Part shown: positions 59,501 to 64,000 of the stretch, in pieces
Position numbering within the stretch: the stretch's first letter is position 1
Layout of the letters: every line of letters starts with the position of its first letter
Origin: Polyangiales bacterium
GTDB taxonomy: Bacteria > Myxococcota_A > Polyangia > Polyangiales > Ga0077539
DNA length: 64,000 bases
Reading direction: 5' to 3'
Assembly: GCA_044229975.1 (NCBI GenBank)
Contig: JBGARZ010000029.1
Span: 1 to 64,000 of the forward strand
Program-made: the position numbers and the translations under genes
Notes under the pieces: model-generated
Told to the model about the DNA's origin: nothing
Databases searched by the model: none
What the model saw: only the letters and a program-made list of their open reading frames with translations

Positions 59501-60043
59501 TTGGCGGCTCACTTCCACGACGACGAGGCGCTGCGCGATGAGCTGATGCGGATCGTGCTGGAGATGGTACAGCGCCGGGCGACGGTCGCAGACGACGGAG
59601 AACTGACGGCCGAGGAGCTGGCGCGACTCGCCGAGCTCGGCGTGCTGCGCAACGGACTAGAGCCGCGACTGCGCGGTTTTGTGCGTCGTATGTTGGAAGG
59701 AACCTTCGGCGGACAGTGGTTCACGGAGCTGATGCGCAGCGTTCCGACAGCGGAGCGCGAGCGACTGGCGGGCGTAGCGCCCGAAATGGTGCTCCACGAA
59801 CGGCTGTACCTGAGCACGCTGGTGGCGGTGATCGAGCGCCAGTGGGGAGCGGCCTTCGCAGCAGTGCTGGAGGGGGCCCCGGCGACTGAGCGTCTGAGTC
59901 GTGCTCAGTGCGTGGCGCTCTTGGAGGTGTTGAATGCGCACCGGGAAGACGCGCATGCGAAGCCGATCCGTGAGGTCGATCTGACGACAGTGCGTGCGGT
60001 GGTAGAGCAACTCCACCGCGTGCTCGACAGGGTGAGAGCCTGA
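56594..60043 (+). CDS. hsdR: Type I R-M restriction subunit HsdR with an extra C-terminal Swt1/HEPN-like domain
   Basis: VDL...NGVPVATVELK, HSAGSGKS, DEAH, FTATP, QTLSRLNR; tail LEPRLRGFV...LYLSTL...W...F...REDAH. Confidence 0.92.
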   Translation: MTPAEEHLETAIVDALVASGWILGERARVLPARALVPDDLLDWLREAHPEQWARLAHAHGEVLGQRLVNALAEALDKSSTPEVLRKGFPFEGETIELACFPPPNDFNPATTARAARNRLVVTRQAPIEQGTTKTVDLLFSLNGVPVATVELKHRPNAQDAGDARRQYQARPKNLPIFRWPTRAVVHFAVDDHEAWMTTRVDGADTAFVPFNRGTPGGGGNPPNPDGYPTDYLWKDVWTRESFLALLQRYVRLLLVPVERDGRFVQERRLLFPRWHQRDAVRALVADVTERGPGQRYLIEHSAGSGKSNTIAWLAWHLADLPYEGGHLFDKVVVVTDRTVLDSQLAHTIEQMTATPAQVRHVREHVREARRERRASSDGATATGGGALVEALDDPSVRVVIVTVQTFLHADEALDERARRSFAVLLDEAHSGVGEKTDAAMSRALGEATEDGGDPLLTYALQRQHRNQSLFAFTATPHPETLHSYGRFDPLTNKYAAFHRYTMAQAIAEGFIVDPRRGYLRYESYFRLRGVGVDDPEVDQKTATAAIMREVSKDPKVMGAKSHVIARHFLEKVRGTLGGKARAMVVAPSRDAAVRYGRALRAALDAQGAGDVGVLVAFSGAVTDAVTGETVTEAQLNGCKESELPQRFASKPNRILVVANKYQTGFDQPLLAAMYIDRTLEGVQAVQTLSRLNRPHGPGTKQVFALDFVNGTEVLDGFARFLDGTTLGDPPTPEMLDDLRARLDAAGIYTEPEVFAVAELVITPGGLTEQERQERIMGLISLAVARYSVLVPMAQERFRMALVEFLRLHGLLSQVVLAPDRDLEARAVYGAWLVKSLGGEAPTRAYVDLKGKIEVEYVRVVKGAGYLAEPGPDDDEPPGEVTLNTSSGMRPVDPVVRLSELLAQLNERYGVGVAAADRNTLEEIIAELLSDEGVLDAVRANADARELVRDREIQREIRRRFRERQREGDTLAAHFHDDEALRDELMRIVLEMVQRRATVADDGELTAEELARLAELGVLRNGLEPRLRGFVRRMLEGTFGGQWFTELMRSVPTAERERLAGVAPEMVLHERLYLSTLVAVIERQWGAAFAAVLEGAPATERLSRAQCVALLEVLNAHREDAHAKPIREVDLTTVRAVVEQLHRVLDRVRA

Positions 60044-60439
60044 CGAAGTACGAGTCCACCGCCGTCGGGGGCTACGGATCCGACGGGATGGCGTGCAGCC
60101 CGAGCGCGCTGAAAGAAAACATGATTGGTCGTTGTGGAGCGGGTCAGGACCGTCGCGCGATTGCATAGCGACGAGTGAGCGGATGATCGAGCACCGGCAC
60201 ATGGGGATGAAACCCGCATAGCATCGACTTTGCGACGTCCGGTCACTGGGCGGATGCGAGGCTTCGGGCGATCTGCCTAGATCTCTACAATCGTCCCGTT
60301 TGACATGGGGGGCTCGGCGCGGCTGTAGATGACCGCTTCGTCACGAAGTGGCGGTCTCACAGGCCAGGGGCGCACCTGGTGACATTCCTGAGCACCCGAG
60401 TACGCCCCACTCCGGAGAGGTGCACGCATCGTGAGCTTC

Positions 60440-60535
60440 AGCGGCGTGTTCCACGTGCTGCATCGTCGCCCGCGCCATTGCAGTCAGCGGGCACTGCTGG
60501 ACGATCCGCTTAAAGACCTCGTCGAACATCGGCAC
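60440..60535 (-). pseudogene. Short N-terminal remnant resembling an IS4-family transposase
   Basis: MFDEVFKRIVQQCPLTAMARATMQH, after which the similarity is lost. Confidence 0.4.
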
Positions 60536-60762
60536 GCCTCGCGGCGCCGAGGATACCCTAGAGCTTCAAGGGAGAGACAAGCGTGCCGCCGGTCCCCCGG
60601 ACTCGCGACTCGGGTCGGACCCTGAAAGGGGTGGGGTTAACGGCTGCATTCTCCTATCGCAGCCAGATACTTGTGTGCCGACACAACCTTCTGGTCGGGC
60701 TGCGCCACACTTAGCGAACCTCACCGAACACTGCGATCCGCAGACACCTGAACACTTGCCTG

Positions 60763-62634
60763 GGGATCGTTCAAGTTGGAGGTTGAACGGGGTGAGAGAT
60801 CGGTGGAGAGCCGCGCCCTCGGTGCAGACGTCCCCCTTCGCGCGCTGCGCGTGACGGCGGCTGTGGTGCGAGTGCGCGCGCTCGCTACGCGGCGTCGAGG
60901 AGCACGTCGTACCAGTTCGCGCCGGGCTTCGCGAAGTCGATGCCGAGCATCTGGTAGGGGCTCTTGCCGCGGCGCGGTCCCGTCGTTCGTCGCTTGAGGT
61001 TGTGGGCCACCGCGTGCAGCGCGATGCGCGAGTCACTGGCGAAGCGCTGCACCGCTTCGAGCACCCGCAGCCGCCGATTGAACGACTCGGTGCCCGACGA
61101 CGAGCGGCGCGGGTGCGCGACCAGATCGAGCCACTGCGCCCGCACCGCGGCGGCGTTGGCGCAGTGACGCGCGACGCCCTCGGCGAGCCGTCGCGCCGCG
61201 CGCTCCGCCCCGATCTGCTCGGCCACCGGGCGCGCCATGTCGTCGGCCTCGACGCGCAGCACCCGCTCCTGCGCCAGCGCCCGCAGCACGTCCCGCGGTT
61301 GCCAGTGGCTACCGGGAGTCATCTCGATCGGCAGCGCCTCCATCAGCACCCGGTGGGTGCCGTAGCGCGCCGCGCTCCGCTGGACGTGCGCGTACGTCGC
61401 GAGCCCCGCGTCGTGGCTGATCCGCAGGAGGATCTTGCCCATCCGCTCGACCGTCGCGGCCACCGTCGCCTCGGTCCACAGCCGCCCCGCGGGGTCCAGC
61501 GGCTGATACAGCGCCCGCAGCAGCAGCTCGGCCTCGCACACGACGTAGAACTCCCGCTCGCAGCGGGCCCGCGCGCGCTCCAGCTTCGCCAGCCCCAGGC
61601 GCGCCTGCTGGCGCGCCGCGCCGTGCAGCTTCCGCATCGCCTTGTCGGCGCTCGCGACCTGCTGCCGGAGCTGGGCCTCGTCGCGCGCGATCGGCGCGAA
61701 GAGGTTCTGCGCCCACCAGTCGATCTCGTGCCAGTAGTCGATCACCTGGGCGAGGCCGCGCGCGTCGATGGCGCCCACCAGGTCGGTGCCCAGGTCGCTG
61801 ATGAAGAGCGCCAGCCCCGTGAAGTCCTTCGTCCATCGCAGCCAGTCCTCGGCGGTGCGCCCGGGGCAGCGGCCGACGTCCAGCACGGCGTTGGAGCGCG
61901 GCTCGGTGACGACCTTGACGCCCGTGCCTTGCAGGAAGACGTCGTCGCCGCAGATCACCCGCAACGCCGCGGCCACCTGCTCGCGAGCTCGGTCGATGAG
62001 CGCGCGTGCCTTGGCGCCGTGGGTCTCAACGTGCTTGTGGAGCGTGCCCACCGAGGGGACACCGCGGTCGTCGAAGGCCACCCCGAGGATCTCGTGCATC
62101 GCGCGGAAGGGGACGTTGTGCTCGGCCATGACGAGCTCCAATCGCGCCAGGCGCCGGGGGTCGAGCACCACGGCGCGGGCGAGCTGCGCGCGGAGCTGTT
62201 GGATCAACGCCTCCGCCTCGCGCGCCTGGGCTTGCAGCTCCACGAGGCGCTGTCGATCGCGCTGCTGGGCGAGGAGGCCGGGGGGCGGTCCGGGTCGCTG
62301 CGGCAGGAGCCCTCGGCGGGCCCGCTCCATCAGGTCGTAGATGCGCGCCGGGCAGGTGTCGTTGGCGGCGGCGACCTGGGCGACCGAGCGCTCCGCGGAG
62401 CGGGTGAGGACATCGACGATCAGGGCCAAGGGCTCGCCCGGCTGGACGAACGTCGCGGAGAGGGGGTACGAAACCAAGCGGGCCTCCTGCGGCGCTGCAC
62501 TGGTTTCTCAGGCGAGGGTGGCGCCGCGGGAGGCCTACCTTCCGCGCCCGACGCCCCTCGGCAACAGAAGCCCTGACATCGACCCGCTCTCCACCGAACT
62601 CATCCGCTCAACTCAACTCGCGTTGAACGATCCC
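60763..62634 (-). mobile_element. Complete IS with 12-bp perfect IRs and an 8-bp target duplication
   Basis: GGGATCGTTCAA (60763-60774) / TTGAACGATCCC (62623-62634); inner IR TCGGTGGAGAGC; CTTGCCTG flanks both ends (60755-60762 and 62635-62642). Confidence 0.9.
60885..62477 (-). CDS. DDE transposase with a DxxH motif, family uncertain
   Basis: GDDVF, FISDLG, IDYWH, RSSSGTESFNRRLR; N-terminal HTH. Confidence 0.8.
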   Translation of the reverse strand: MVSYPLSATFVQPGEPLALIVDVLTRSAERSVAQVAAANDTCPARIYDLMERARRGLLPQRPGPPPGLLAQQRDRQRLVELQAQAREAEALIQQLRAQLARAVVLDPRRLARLELVMAEHNVPFRAMHEILGVAFDDRGVPSVGTLHKHVETHGAKARALIDRAREQVAAALRVICGDDVFLQGTGVKVVTEPRSNAVLDVGRCPGRTAEDWLRWTKDFTGLALFISDLGTDLVGAIDARGLAQVIDYWHEIDWWAQNLFAPIARDEAQLRQQVASADKAMRKLHGAARQQARLGLAKLERARARCEREFYVVCEAELLLRALYQPLDPAGRLWTEATVAATVERMGKILLRISHDAGLATYAHVQRSAARYGTHRVLMEALPIEMTPGSHWQPRDVLRALAQERVLRVEADDMARPVAEQIGAERAARRLAEGVARHCANAAAVRAQWLDLVAHPRRSSSGTESFNRRLRVLEAVQRFASDSRIALHAVAHNLKRRTTGPRRGKSPYQMLGIDFAKPGANWYDVLLDAA

Positions 62635-63122
62635 CTTGCCTGCGAACATGGCAGATCACGGTGCCGGGTGCGTTACAACAGTCGGCTGGGCTGAAAACGA
62701 CCGATGAACTAGACGTCTCCCGTCGTTGTTCCTAGCCTTCGAATGCCTGCGACGAGAACGGCTCGTTCGCAAGCCAAAGTTCGAAACATCAGCTTCCAAT
62801 GTGTTAGCGCGCGACCCAATGGCACTCGGCCGCCGAGTAGCAGTCTCCCCGTGGAATGTGGCGACCATCGTCGCACCCTAAACCACCATATCTGTAGCGG
62901 CCGAGCTTAGGGCGCGATCCATCGGCGTTTCTGACGGTCTAATAGCGATCGGCTTGCGCAAATACCCAACGAGCGACGCGAGTTGCTACGAAGCAGCAAG
63001 TGAGCCTGTCGCCTAGAGCGCTTGCGAGTGTGGCCGGAATTGGTCCACCACAGAGGCATGCGCCTTCCATCGACTTGTAGTGCTCGGCTCCGCGCCGCGG
63101 CATAAGGAGAGGTCTAATAGCA

Positions 63123-63866
63123 ATGTACATTCGCTGGAAGCGACGGCCCTTGTGCGATGAAGTGTACCGAGCGCATGTCTGCTGCCCCCACCAAGGAGAG
63201 GGACGTGAGACGTGGACACCCGTGGTCGTCGGAAGCTCGCGAGTCGCGGGTTTGGGACCGCGCCAGACCGTCTTGTGGCGTCCCGCCGGGAGCATCCGCT
63301 CATGCTGCGCCGTTGACCAGAACGACCCAATTGCTCGCTCGCGCTGGTGGGCGGAGATCGATTCGCAGTTCATAGCGTTTCGCGAGGGGAGAGTCCGCAA
63401 TCCGCATCGTGAGGAGCTTCTGAAAGAACTGCGGTACCTCTACCTCGCTCTCATGAACGCGGTTTCGCCTCCTTCAGACGATGATGAGGAGCTGCTGGAG
63501 GCTTGGTATAAAGTGCAGGGCTTTGTCGATCCCTTCGATGCGAAGTTCTGCGGCCGGCATCGTCACTACTTTCGACTCGCAACTGCGCGTCGAATTGTTG
63601 AAGAGAGCCGCTCTCGGAAGGAAGAGCCACGCCAGGAGCGGGAGGTCCCCCGTCGACCGCGGAAGAGTTCCATCCCCAAGCCCCTTCGCGCCATCGGAGT
63701 TGGCTGGCCTTGCACGAGGATGGATATCATCAGAGCGTACCGGAAGGGAGCGTTCGAGAAGCACCCCGATCGGGGAGGAACCGACGACGGCTTTGTTGCT
63801 TGGGGAAAGGTCTATGAGGCCGCTTTGAAGTACTTCGACGCGCAGTCGGAAGATTCCGTCAGTTGA
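63123..63866 (+). CDS. Protein with a C-terminal J-domain
   Basis: IIRAYRKGAFEKHPDRGG (HPD motif). Confidence 0.7.
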   Translation: MYIRWKRRPLCDEVYRAHVCCPHQGEGRETWTPVVVGSSRVAGLGPRQTVLWRPAGSIRSCCAVDQNDPIARSRWWAEIDSQFIAFREGRVRNPHREELLKELRYLYLALMNAVSPPSDDDEELLEAWYKVQGFVDPFDAKFCGRHRHYFRLATARRIVEESRSRKEEPRQEREVPRRPRKSSIPKPLRAIGVGWPCTRMDIIRAYRKGAFEKHPDRGGTDDGFVAWGKVYEAALKYFDAQSEDSVS

Positions 63867-64000
63867 TCGACGCCGTGACAGGCTGACTACGCGGGTGGAT
63901 TGGCGATGCGTGCATTTCAAGGAAACAACTGTGGTTAAAGTGGGTTGAGGCCGTCACCGCTCGTGAGGCTTTGGATCTGGAAACTTGGCGGAGGTAGAAT

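Larger units (their letters stand above)
21081..64000. mobile_element. tRNA-Phe-integrated genomic (defence) island; right end not in the window
   Basis: Integrase and xis abut the tRNA 3' end; content switches abruptly to accessory, defence and IS genes with patchier composition. No second copy of the tRNA 3' end was seen. Confidence 0.8.

Noticed and set aside
62640..64000. Right att site of the island
   Set aside because: No copy of the tRNA-Phe 3' end was found by eye.

Overview
GC-rich bacterial DNA; gene content and codon style suggest a Myxococcota-like host (inference). Bases 1-21,000 are chromosomal backbone: kdpDE, a CxxCH-bearing beta-barrel with a monoheme lipoprotein, a DUF1801 protein, an S9 peptidase, addBA-like genes, a pcrA/uvrD helicase, a dinG-like helicase and tRNA-Phe(GAA). 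From the tRNA 3' end to past the window edge lies an integrated island. Its tyrosine integrase frame runs without a stop through the tRNA, and it carries regulators, pseudogenes, two complete IS elements with 8-bp target duplications and a dense defence cargo. The cargo comprises a TIGR02391 HEPN-like protein, a DACNV-type diadenylate cyclase, a CARF/RtcR-like sigma54 activator, an ECF sigma, a Cap18-like exonuclease, a HORMA/TRIP13 (type III) CBASS, an SF2 helicase-nuclease and a type I R-M system whose HsdR ends in a HEPN-like domain. The best novelty candidate is the CBASS operon: its effector is an N-terminal SAVED sensor fused to an HExxH zinc-metallopeptidase-like domain, followed by an LRAT-like membrane enzyme, with an ECF sigma cluster transcribed divergently. 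All family calls come from motif recognition by eye, not from database searches.
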